DNA of 64,000 nt from Trypanosoma brucei (Eukaryota), in the NCBI GenBank assembly GCA_000002445.1, contig CP000066.1, positions 1,589,226-1,653,225 on the forward strand, read 5' to 3'. How positions within the stretch are numbered: position 1 is the first letter of the stretch; every line of letters begins with the position of its first letter. Both the position numbers and the translations under genes were made by a program. A model generated the notes under the pieces. It saw nothing but the letters and a program-made list of their open reading frames with translations. It searched no databases and was not told the origin of the DNA. Shown piece after piece: positions 11,113-22,100 of this stretch.

Positions 11113-12174
11113 ATGAGGAAACAACATGTCATATACTACGTATTTTTCTGCTTAGGAGCCATAGGAAGCAGAGGAGAGACAGAACCAATAACAATACAAA
11201 AAGGAACGGAGTGCCACAAAGCATTGGAAACAGCGTTCACCACGCCCAAAAACTGTGAGAATGTAAGCACAGCGATAAGCGAAATGCCTGAAAATGTTAG
11301 CATTGAAACATTCCCGGGGGCATGGACCGTGTGCCAATTCATGGAAAACGAAAAAGAAAGCACAGTCACGCAATGCATTTTGAAGTTCGAAAACGCAGAG
11401 GGAAATCGAATAGCGTGCACCTACGAAACCGAGGGCGGACAAGGAAACGTAAGCTGCACACAGGAAGTGGATGCTCCGGTGGCTTATCATCCATACTGTG
11501 AGGGAGCCGAATACGATTATACTTATCATGACGAAAGCCACGGTCATGGGAGCGGGGGCTATGAGCGGCGTTGTCCCGAGCCGGGTCCACGTCCTGCGCC
11601 ACTGAATGAAGAAGCTCACAGGTGTGTTGCCGACGTCCTTGTTGCATTTGGTGGTCACCATGAATGTGCAAAACTCTACGGCACAGATCCGGCACTCGAT
11701 CCTGAAGATGTCATCTTCGGCGAGAAAGGAGATGACAAACCAAAATGCACGGAGGCAGATCGACCCGAGGTGTCCACATTGGTTGGAGAAGCATGCGAGG
11801 TAAAATTGCGGACCAAACCAGAACCAGACGAATACTTGTGTAAGGTAGAAACCTCTAACGGTAAAAGAAAAATAAAGTGTACCCCCAAAACACCAAAAAC
11901 AATTCCTCAACAAGCGGACACAGTAAAGAAACCAGATACCACTGAATCCATGCAGAAAAAAGCTGACGATGGTGGTAAAACTGAGGTAACACCAGAAGTA
12001 AAAGATGGGCAAAAAGATGAAAAGGGTGGGAAAGAAAGGCAAGAAAAGCAAAAAATGGAAAATAATACTGGAAAAAGCAATGAAGCAGCGACAAACACTA
12101 AAACGCAGGCTTCTTCTTGGAAATCAAATAATCCTATTATCATGTTTTTAACACTTTCTTTATTGTTGCTTTAG
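11113..12174 (+). CDS. Tandem-array copy 4 (353 aa), identical in protein to copy 2.
   Basis: Same ORF. It carries the SNP state of copy 2 (gtgccaattc). Its 3'UTR variant (gtaaactgtttggaagaaagcatgc) matches the unit after copy 3, not the units after copies 1 and 2. Confidence 0.85.
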   Translation: MRKQHVIYYVFFCLGAIGSRGETEPITIQKGTECHKALETAFTTPKNCENVSTAISEMPENVSIETFPGAWTVCQFMENEKESTVTQCILKFENAEGNRIACTYETEGGQGNVSCTQEVDAPVAYHPYCEGAEYDYTYHDESHGHGSGGYERRCPEPGPRPAPLNEEAHRCVADVLVAFGGHHECAKLYGTDPALDPEDVIFGEKGDDKPKCTEADRPEVSTLVGEACEVKLRTKPEPDEYLCKVETSNGKRKIKCTPKTPKTIPQQADTVKKPDTTESMQKKADDGGKTEVTPEVKDGQKDEKGGKERQEKQKMENNTGKSNEAATNTKTQASSWKSNNPIIMFLTLSLLLL

Positions 12175-12699
12175 TATCATTTAATAAACGGTAATGTAAA
12201 CTGTTTGGAAGAAAGCATGCTTTTAACGGAGAAGGGAAGTGAGTGTATCAAAACATTTTTCTTGACAGACGTACATTAAGGGAACATTTTTATTGTTTAC
12301 TTGCCATATTGCACTGCTAAAAAACTTCTCGTGCTGGAGTTGCGTGCGAAGTATTAGATTTCTTCACCGATTCTTTTTTGTAGCGAAGGTAAGGGGAATA
12401 GGATATGTAGTTGTGTCGGGGACGGCGTTCTGTTTGCTGGAAGTGGCAAAGGGAGGAAAAAACAAACAAACTTGTCAGATGGGAGTGGCTTTCAGGAAAA
12501 CCTGTACAGTTGAAACTGGGGAAGGGAAAGTTACGGAAGGATAAAACAAATTGTGTAATCGAATTCGTCGCTGATGATAAAACAAACGAACGGAGTTCAC
12601 CACCCTGAAACCGTAGCTGCGTCTTCCTCCGTCACATACGACACAACAATGTAAGCCTAATGTTGCTGGTATAAGGAAACGCATTGTTGCGCAGGAGAC

Positions 12700-12900
12700 G
12701 CCCACGGCCATGGCAGTTTAATTGGACGCTAAGCCAGCGAAAGAACTATGCCAAACTCGAGAGCACGACAGTGATGGCTGGTGGCGCTCACGAAAATGTG
12801 TGATGGCAGGAACTCGCTGAGTTCAAGATCGTCAATGCCAACGGCAGCATTCCCTCGACACACGGAAGAAATAAGCAAAAAAAGAGATGCTGTACACAAG
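12700..12900 (+). repeat. Degenerate partial repeat unit, homologous to the intergenic 5' part of the array unit, with no gene body after it.
   Basis: aattggacgctaagccagcga...gtcaatgccaacggcagcattccctcgacacacggaagaaataagcaaaaaaagagatgc aligns with unit sequence 5185-5360 (aattggacgctaagctagaga...atcaatgcccacggcagcctcctctcgacgcgcggacaaaacaagaaaaaaaaatgc). Confidence 0.7.
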
Positions 12901-15900
12901 CTATATGCCAAAGCCGAACTCAGCCATTGTTGTCATGACGCCAAGCGGGAAAGAGAGCCAACGGCAACTTGCAAATGCAGCGAAATAAGGATCGTTGAGA
13001 AACGACTTGGTGTGGACACCATGGGCGAAAGTTCACAGGCGCAGGAAATACCGGCGGTATATTCGGTGACGAGGCCTATGGTAAAAACCGTCACGCTATC
13101 CTAGCGCAGGTATTGGGGTGATTACGACGCGGGTGAGGGAAATGGGAAGAGGTGCAAAATGTCAGGAAATTCTTGAGAGCGTGCGAATTCTGCAAAGGTA
13201 AAAAGGACAGCAGTCGTTGACATCGGGAACAGAAGGAAGACGCAGCTTTTAACAGAATGCCGGAAGGCGCGAGCACAGCCAAACAAATGGCAAGACGAGC
13301 TGAGAAGGCTACTGGCCACACTCTGAAATGGAAAGCCGCAGCGAGGGTGGGGGGAAACGCGCAGGTTCAGAGAGTTTTACCGGAAGAAGTCGAAAAGATG
13401 GCGAAACCTTCAGGAGTTAAAAATGTTTGGAAAAGGACAAAGCGGAGAAAATATCAGTAGTCGCCGGGAGAAAATGCAGTGGCTGTCTTCGGACTGGTTT
13501 AGTTCGCGTCGCGACAACGACACCTCATATATAAAATTTCCTGAAAATAATGACGATGACGGCGAAAAACTCTTTTAAAACTCTTTTTTTCACAATTCCC
13601 CATTATTTTCATCTATTCCACATAACCTGTAGACGACCATGACTTGAGGTGAAAACCAGTTACACATGGGACGTTCTCGCGTCATTCCTCGTACCGGTTA
13701 TTTCCATCATGTACCGCGAGGGCCATTGCACAGCGCATCATCTTCCGTTGACAGATGTTGTAGTTGGATTCCGTGTCCGGCTGTTTTGAAACGTTACGTC
13801 GGCCACCGTATGCCAGATTCCTCCTTTGTTATTGTTTTCGTTTGTGTAAAAACGCCGATACAGATGCAATTAGCAGCTCCAGTGTGACAATTGGAACAAC
13901 CGATCGTATTTCGTACTTGCTTGTTTGTTTTTTCTGCGAACCTTTCAACGCATCAATCCCATCCTTTGCCAATCTCCACGCTTATGGACCCTTAAGGGGT
14001 CGTGCTATATCAATCTTCCAACACCCGGTCATCACTGTGGATTCCGCCTCCGCCTCTGATGATAACGTTCCGTGCAAAATGTGGCATTTACCCTTTTCTC
14101 GCGCAGTTATTTGCTTAGGTGATCCTTTTCGGCCGGTAGAGTTCCCCGGAATTCCGCTGCGACTCACCTGAGATCAGACCTGTATTCTGCTTAACACCAC
14201 CGATCTCAACATTGAGAGCGCTCTAAAGATACCGAAAGAATCATGTTCGCACGTGCGTGGAGGATCACACCGATGTTTCCCACCATCCTGAAAACCGACG
14301 GTTTCGCCGCTTTCCCTTCTCCCCCGGGCAGGCCGTTACTGTCCGACTGCCGCAATCCTTAAGACGGGATGCGCGCGAACATTTAATCTCCCCGGCTCTC
14401 GAAGATGCACCGGATTCAAACATCGCAATGAGGTGTGTTCAACACTCTGCCATGGGAGTTTGCTCATTAAACGAACTGGTCAGAGTGCTTCCCCAATTCA
14501 CAGACAACTCGGATAAATGCACAGTTTCATTAAACGTGTAGCAGAAAAAATGACTAATGCTTGGCATGCTTCCGTCCAGCATGAAAGCTGCGTACCTTCT
14601 ATCTCCCTTGATCATGCCGAAGGGTCCGTCAGTTGGTTTCAAATATTAGCACTGCCATGCCGCAGAAATACGCAACAATAGGCAACTCTTCCACATCACA
14701 ATGCAATAACTTGTAGAGGATGAAAGAGCCAAAATTCTGAGATTTGCCAAACCCCGGGTTACCAATGGTAAGGTATGCTCGTGGAAAATAAGGACATTCC
14801 GGTATAACACGTTGTGTACGCCATAACTCAATTCCACTTCTTACAACATTCCATACGCGGAACTCTTCTCTACGGATGAATATGTTTTTGTTACTTCCGT
14901 CGGTAAACTTGGCTTATTATCACCTCATTTGAGATGTTAGAACCAATGCTTCAGCTTCTTCCATGCGCTCTGGTTTCTTCTCAACAGCTTCCTCAATTTA
15001 AGGGACAACATTAAGTTCTTCATTCTTCCACATTACATTGCCACCACGCGTTCCATCAACAAACTCCATCCCGAGCAGTTGAGTTTTGTTGTCCATTATA
15101 ATGTGACTTCACTTTGCATTGCATACGGAGCCATATAAACTGAAAACATTATCACCTCTTGCTTCACGGTCTCTCAGACGCTTTTCTCCCAGAATAAGTG
15201 TTTTTTTGTCCTGAAGCAAAATGTTGAATATTGTTCTTGATTAAAATATCTGCTTTACTTTTATAACTGATTCGGCTTCTTAGTGTTTCTTTGTAAAGGA
15301 TACAGAAGCTTTATTACAAATGGATTCCTGTACTAAAGCACACACATGGTTACTCAGATAGAACAGTTATAAATCTCAAATAATTTTAATAAGCTTTCCT
15401 CACACATTTTTCTATCCAATGAAATTATTTCCACACTGCTCTACTGCAGCATTTTGTGGCCATTAAACAAAAAAAAATAGTTTTGGCGCTGCCTCAGGTA
15501 TTCGCTGACATTTCCCCTCTTTTCAACGCATGTTGATAAACGCATGCCTCAACACTGTCACGCCTTAGTGTTATTAAATCAATTCTCATGCCTCTAAGGA
15601 ATGCACGGCATGAGATCCTATTTTCAAATATATTAATTGATGCACGACATTTGGTATTTTATTCATTTCATTTGGTCGTCGCTTTCCCCCATTCTCTGAG
15701 TTCGCAAACACCACTGAGCTAATTCCGTGCAAATGTACACATGTAACTTCAAGGTAATATATGTTTATCACTGTTGTGTTCTTTCGTATTTCTTTTGTTG
15801 ACTGCTGGTGCCCAGTAAGTTCCTATCATAAAATATGTATCATCTTACAAGACACAACAATAATGGTCATGATAAAGGTTCTGAATTCCCTGTATTTAAT

Positions 15901-18248
15901 GTTGGACGCTGATGTGAGGAATGGATTCAAAAACAAACAAATAAACAAACTGAAGCCTCCTGTTCGTAAATGAAGGGTTTGTGTTCACATCGTTGGAGAG
16001 TGTCAGCACCCGGAGATATACTTTTCTCGCTTTGCAGTGTATGTTTCACTACAGTTTCCGTTCGTTCCGCCATATGGGAAAATAAATTGTTTTGGATATT
16101 TGAGTCTGCGCCGCCTTCCCCACTCAAAGTAACTTGCATAATGAGTATTATTGTGGTAAATTTTGAGTTCTCATGAGGATTTCACACTTCACACGCGCAA
16201 AAAAATTGTTACGACGACTCGCTTACTGTTGCACACATGGAAATGGTGGCTGCGATGGAAGCTTCCCTTAATTTGTCTCATTTTCGTGAGAGTTGAGTTT
16301 TAAGCAACATTGTGCCTCCTAAACCTCGATACGCTTTTGAAAAATGAGGTTAGAAAACAGACTCACTATTTGATACAGCAAGTAAGAGAACTTGGCATTT
16401 AATAATTATTATTACTGAACACACATTCATATGTTAATTTTTTTCTATCACCATTAGGAACGTAACCATCGCACGTTAAAGAACCACCAATACGCAAATA
16501 TTTCCATACGCCACTTCACTGCCTTCAAAGCGCTGTCCAAATGGTTTTGAATATAAGTGCAATACAAAAATGGCATTTCCCTCTTGATTCTGGCAGTTTC
16601 AAAGTGATAGCTGTGCCTTGCACCACGTTTAGGAGTGGCAAAGCAACCACCTGTGGTACCCTCCGGAAGAACTGTGTTGAAGCGGAAAAAAAAAAAGCAT
16701 CGCTTTACAGTGTTGTACACAATACATCCGCCATCGGCCAACTACTGCCATCATAGCAATCCCATGTACGCATCGCTTTGGATTCCGCAGAAATATCTCC
16801 GTTTTTTTTTTCGGTGGGAAACAGTAACATCCAATAACAAGGTTACTGACAAAAGTAAACCTTTAAAAATATATATACCACCCAAAGTAAGTCTATTTCA
16901 CCATTTCCTTACCTGCGTCTTGTCGTTGGAAACCACTTGTCAGAAGAACAACGTGTATACCTTGTCAATTTTGAGGAACGGACGAACACCACGCAGGACT
17001 AAAGAGTTCAAAGGGGGAAAACTATCACATGGCAATGTAAGTTCCACCGCGATTCAGTCACTTTCTCTCCAACACCATCAAACACCGAAATCCACAAATG
17101 CTGCGCCGGAGCTGCTTTTTAAAGGAAAGCGAAGTATTTCCTCTCACCGCTAACACGATGATCACTAAAAACTGACCACCCTAAAAGCAGATAATGGGTT
17201 TAAACTTCCACATGAAGAAAAAAACAATATTCAATTCCTGTTTTCTATGACAACCAAGCACTGTTGGAACAAGAAGGGATACAGTTAACCCCGGAAATAA
17301 ATAACAGATCATAGCATATTTTCCACTTCCCCCTTAATTCAGTCGCATAACTACTGTTATCATACTTCCCGCTTAAAAACACGGGAGTTTTAACATCGTT
17401 TTCAGAAGTTATCCGTTTATGCTTTAATCAAATGGGGTTCGTTTATATGGTTGAAAAAATAAATAAGCATAGAAAATACACACATATGTGTCCTTTTTAA
17501 TAAGTTGCGTTAGCTTCATAAGTCAGACCACCGTCGGAATATCGCTCTGACAGCTCCTTTCTTCGCAATTGCCTGGCTATGATTCTTTTCTCCGTTCAAT
17601 TTTAGGTTATCCACAAATATATATTTTTTGGTTTTCATTTCACTCAATCATTAATTCATCAGTATCAAAATCATTTATATTATTTTGCGCTCTTCGCACC
17701 CAGCTAAATATATATATATTTGTTACCGATAATATACCACACTTCGTTGTTGAAAAACTTAGTCTCTTCCCCATATTTTAAGCTTCAGATTTCGTTAGGT
17801 GTCTTTGCAATATCTTTCACACGCGTGCGATACAGTCATTGTTATAACTTTAAAAAGGACAGGAGGAAATGACTCATCCGCTACAGTTTGTTCAGTAGCA
17901 TTGAGGTTAAGTTTCATCGCCTCCCTTATAATCGATTCTTCAATACCTTTTACTGTTTCTTGTCCCGTATATGTTTATTTTTTAATGTTGATGCTTTCTG
18001 CTTCATACGCTTGGCAATTCTGATTCGGTTTTTATGTATTCCAATTGTTCCCTTAACTTTTTGTAAGTTCTTTATTACTGGATTTAAGCCCTTCGATCAT
18101 ATTATCGTATGTCGTTTCGGTTATCCATGTACACTGTCACTGACAAAGGCAGTTACAGGTTGGTTAATGTTTCCCAGTCAAACCCACTGCGCGTAGTAAC
18201 CACCTAATTCGATAGTTGTAGGCTAATATATGCTTGTGAATAATAGTG

Positions 18249-19136
18249 TTAGCAGAAGATGAATGTAAGAAGTGCGGGGTACAGCGTTGCATGTCTTCTC
18301 TGATCGACGCCATTGCCCTTTTGTGTACTTCCCCCCGAAGAGGAACCTTCATCCGCATCGGTTGTTATCACCTCCGAGGGCCTGCTCACTTCAGGTTTGG
18401 GAGCTCCGCCCCGCATGGCCGACGCTACGTAGTCATCATCCCGTCCTGACACTTGCCGCCGCGAAATCCCATCTTCATTCTCATCCATCGAATGTTTCCC
18501 CACAGCTTTCACTCCTTCCCCCCTTTCTCCCCCAGCAACTGAAGGCGCACTCTGTTGCTCCGTTGCGTGACGGCCGTCGTGTTGTGTCGCTAGCTCGACT
18601 GACATTCCCTTTCTCTTTTCCGCATCCCTGTTTTGCTCTTCCCCTACACGTGCGGGTCCTTGTGCTGTTTCACCTGACCGCACGTCGTCAACACTTCGTG
18701 ACGGCGCTTGTCCAGAAAAATTTGGAGCATTGGTGGACGACCCTCTGTTGCTGCTTTGCGTCGTGCCGCCGCCTGTGTTATCAGCTCGTCGTACCCCGCC
18801 ACCACGAGAATCGCTGCTAGGAAGCATGGGTTTGTGAGAGGAAGAACTTGAACTGGCAACTTCGGTCGGATGTGTTGGCCGACTTGTTCCCCTGGCTGCG
18901 GCAACCGTTTTCGCTTGGTTCTGCTCAGAGGTAGAAGGTGAAGCTGCGGATGTCACTCCACTTGCCGTGGGGCGAACCTGTGAATCAACCGATTTACAAT
19001 CGTCATATCCAGGAGGAGCGAAATACGTGTTGCACCTGCTGCGTCCCATCGAAACCTGCACTTCACTCGATAATATAGTATAGGGCGTACTTGCTCTTAG
19101 GGTTAAAAGTAATGTTACCGCAATTTTGAGAGTCAT
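18249..19136 (-). CDS. Putative surface protein (295 aa) with a signal peptide (MTLKIAVTLLLTLRAS), an S/G/T-rich low-complexity body and a hydrophobic C-terminus (ATLYPALLTFIFC). Family unknown.
   Basis: Longest ORF in this region. A polypyrimidine tract plus AG lies immediately upstream on the minus strand (reverse complement of 19140-19200). The N- and C-termini resemble the ORF at 32013-32924. A plus-strand ORF at 18272-18820 overlaps it, so the coding strand is not certain. Confidence 0.4.
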   Translation of the reverse strand: MTLKIAVTLLLTLRASTPYTILSSEVQVSMGRSRCNTYFAPPGYDDCKSVDSQVRPTASGVTSAASPSTSEQNQAKTVAAARGTSRPTHPTEVASSSSSSHKPMLPSSDSRGGGVRRADNTGGGTTQSSNRGSSTNAPNFSGQAPSRSVDDVRSGETAQGPARVGEEQNRDAEKRKGMSVELATQHDGRHATEQQSAPSVAGGERGEGVKAVGKHSMDENEDGISRRQVSGRDDDYVASAMRGGAPKPEVSRPSEVITTDADEGSSSGGSTQKGNGVDQRRHATLYPALLTFIFC

Positions 19137-22100
19137 TTACCTTCTTGTTGCTATTGCCTCCCACAAAGACACTAAACACAAATAAAAACGAAAAAATAGT
19201 TTCAGGGGAAGAAAGTACATAAATCCAAAAACTCTTCTATATTGTTTTTCCAAACGGAAACTTGGATCTACCGGCATCGATAAATAGACTTCTTAGGCCT
19301 TTCTGGTAAATAAAGAAACGGACAATACATAAAAAAACATTATTCTTGCACGCAACTACAGTTCTAACAATAAAACAAACGCAACGACATACCCCACTAT
19401 CACATATAGCAATCATAACAATATTATAGGGTGGCTCTTCTTTCGCTGTATCAAAGCCCTCTAACCTTTTTGTAAAAGCCGTTTCAAGCGCACAGAGGGA
19501 AAGGAGACACATTATGGAGCCAAAAATGCTAAGCCTAACGTAAATAAATTATGACTAAATAAGATCTCATATTTTTTTATGATACAAAGTTGAAGCTGGA
19601 GGACAAACACACCGCAATCTGTGTTTCTTAGCTGTTTCAAACATGAAATACACTCGCATCGGTAATTCTTGTTTTACTTTTCCGTTAATTGGGTTCTGAT
19701 TCAGCAAGTGCAGTCCCGCCATCGTATTCAACAAATAGTTTTCACTGAATGAATCCCATGTATTAATAATCAATGGTGCTTCTCACCACCGCCCTTCATT
19801 CCTTTTTCTTCTTGGCTGGTGCTCAGTTCTCTGGCTTTGGCACCGCAGCCACCATGTCAATAAACTCATCTAACGGCACCTTTCTGAACGTTACACAGAC
19901 CGACGACTGTTTTGTTAGCATCTCTTTGTGTTATTCTCAGTGAATGATGTTTCCGGCTTACTATCATCCCAGGTTTTATCTGCGTCAAAGGGGAGATGGT
20001 GTACTTGTCTGTTTAGTCCAAACTCCTTTTGTTGAGGAGCCGACCCATAATATGTGCAGTGGCACTGCGATGCGGTAATTCCATCATTGCAACACCTTCG
20101 ACATCACGGACAGCTTATATCATTTTCAAAACATGAACCATAGAAGCTGATTGGACCACTTCCTTCCACAGTCCAATCTCTTTAGCCCGGTGTAACGTGG
20201 CCGGCCCGTGACCAGCTGAATCACTGAGAAAACCACTCCGTTGATGAACACTTAAAAGAAAAAAAAGATTCTAATGCCTGGGATACTCTCTGATCCCTTT
20301 CACACATGTCCTGTGATAATACCGGCGATGAGAGTGACAACGGTCTCTGGAGCACCATCTGCGTCACTTTCGCACTATTAGCTGCGGCACAATTCACCTT
20401 CACTAGAGTTTTCCCTCCAACAAGAAGCTATCTAGTTGAGTTAATCCTGGGTCAACGGTGGCGCCTTCAGAACGAGGGTGATGCGTTCACGACTCACAAA
20501 AGCAAATACTCACAAACAATCCGCTAGCGCCACTTCTGCACGGGCAGGCATTCATTCGAGTTGGTGCAAACCACTGCGTGCTCGAAAGAGCTGACGGCGA
20601 ATATCCACACGGGGAAATACAACCGTTGCGCACCGGCTCGCTCAAGCACGCGTTCTCCCCCTCCGGCGACTACTCTTTCCACGGGTTTCTATGTTCCCTC
20701 GGCCGCAGCAAAAGGTTAACAAAATTCGATACTCTTAGTCGATTTGTCTAGGGAATGAAAAAGCAGTTTTCCTTCAGTGAAAGCATTTTTCAGCAGTCTT
20801 CTCTGGACGAAGTTCATCGATTACGAAAATAAATCAGCTTTCGCGCAGCAACCTTGCTTATCTCCTTCCGCTTTCTGAACCAAGCCTCACCCCCATCGGT
20901 GGGCGAGAAGTTCCCTCGACACTTCTGTCAACTCAGGGTGCGCAAACGGTTAAAACATGCAGTCCTCGGCTCCTGGAATATTCACTGGCTGGCCTGTCCG
21001 TGTGCTTTGGATCCCTTTCTCTACATATCCGTTAAGTGTCGCATCCGCAGGTGCTTCGACATCAGCCCGCCCATGCGCAGCCCATGTTGAGGTTGGCGAT
21101 TGACGCGGTGCAACAAATAACTTCGAAAGAGTTTTTTTTTCTGGCCACAACAAGCGGCACCCTAGGTTTCTCTATTTACATTCGCCAAACAGTCTCAAGA
21201 AATACCCACCGCCCGTCCTCTCTTTACAAAGTTTGCATCCGTTTACTTTATTTTCAGCCGTGATCAGTCCTCCGTTTTTTGCGGGCAGTGCGATATCTTT
21301 GTTTTCAGCAGCATCTTGGACATCCCCGTGTTACGAACGGCAAGTGTATTGGCGCCCTTGGACTCATCCGCTCCCTTACTCAGGCTTTTTAAAAGCTCCC
21401 GACGGTGTTCAGGTGACATGTTGTTTCCGAAAACTCAGCCGATCCACCACTTTTCCCCACAAAACCCAGGAGGAACGAAACTCATAGTGCGCAGAGCCTT
21501 CCATGTTGCCCCGTACCGCCGTACCGGATGCGATCCGACGTTTGAATGCTGCTGGAGGTCTTCACCGTTTTCGAGTGGATCGCACCGCGTCCTTTAAAGT
21601 CGGTAATGACGGGGAGGAGGCGCTGACTTCCAATTAATGCGTCGGTTTTGGGTTCTGTGACTTGCAAACTGCAGAGCCACGCTCATGTTACAAAAGTGCG
21701 ATTTCAGGTTCTCAACCTTAACCCTTTGGTACGCAGAAGCCCTGTTTACGTTATTGTGAATACTCATCTGCCCTAATAGCTGTTGGGCACTCGCTCTTGT
21801 TCACTTGCCCCCAACCTTCCCGTGCTTGTGTCAGGGGTTGTCCAAAGCATCCAGAGGCCACTGAGGGTCCGTCGCCGCTTGCAGGCACCAATGTAGCGGT
21901 CGTGTCCTCCAAAGGTTTCGCCGCCTTCTGACCCCCGAATATTTCCGTGCTGTGCTGAACGAGCGTCGACACTCTGTGAACTTTCATTTTAGGACAGACC
22001 AAGTTAACGATTGGCGTTCTCTTTTGCTCCGGGGCACCGCCCAAGGTTAGGAGTGGCCACAGGGCGGGTTTCCTTCGGTGTCCCAGTTAAGTGATGGGGC

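Larger units (their letters stand above)
3650..12440 (+). repeat. Head-to-tail tandem gene array. It has one divergent founder unit plus four units of 1878-1880 bp (one is 1812 bp), each carrying one CDS and an intergenic region of about 815 bp.
   Basis: Copy start-to-start spacings are 5543 to 7421 (1878), 7421 to 9233 (1812), and 9233 to 11113 (1880). ORFs are duplicated exactly in the six-frame track. Homology to unit flanks extends upstream of copy 0 (3590-3630 versus 5400-5440). The array ends where similarity breaks, near 12437. Confidence 0.9.

Noticed and set aside
3650..12440. Regularly spaced 1.9 kb repeats considered as a CRISPR-like array.
   Set aside because: The repeat unit is a whole eukaryotic gene plus its spacer, not 25-40 bp repeats with unique spacers. 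The organism is a kinetoplastid.
18272..18820. Plus-strand 182 aa ORF overlapping the minus-strand 295 aa ORF.
   Set aside because: The plus ORF is proline/leucine-rich with no signal peptide or start context. The minus ORF has a signal peptide, a polypyrimidine tract plus AG, and a paralogue. Neither is certain.
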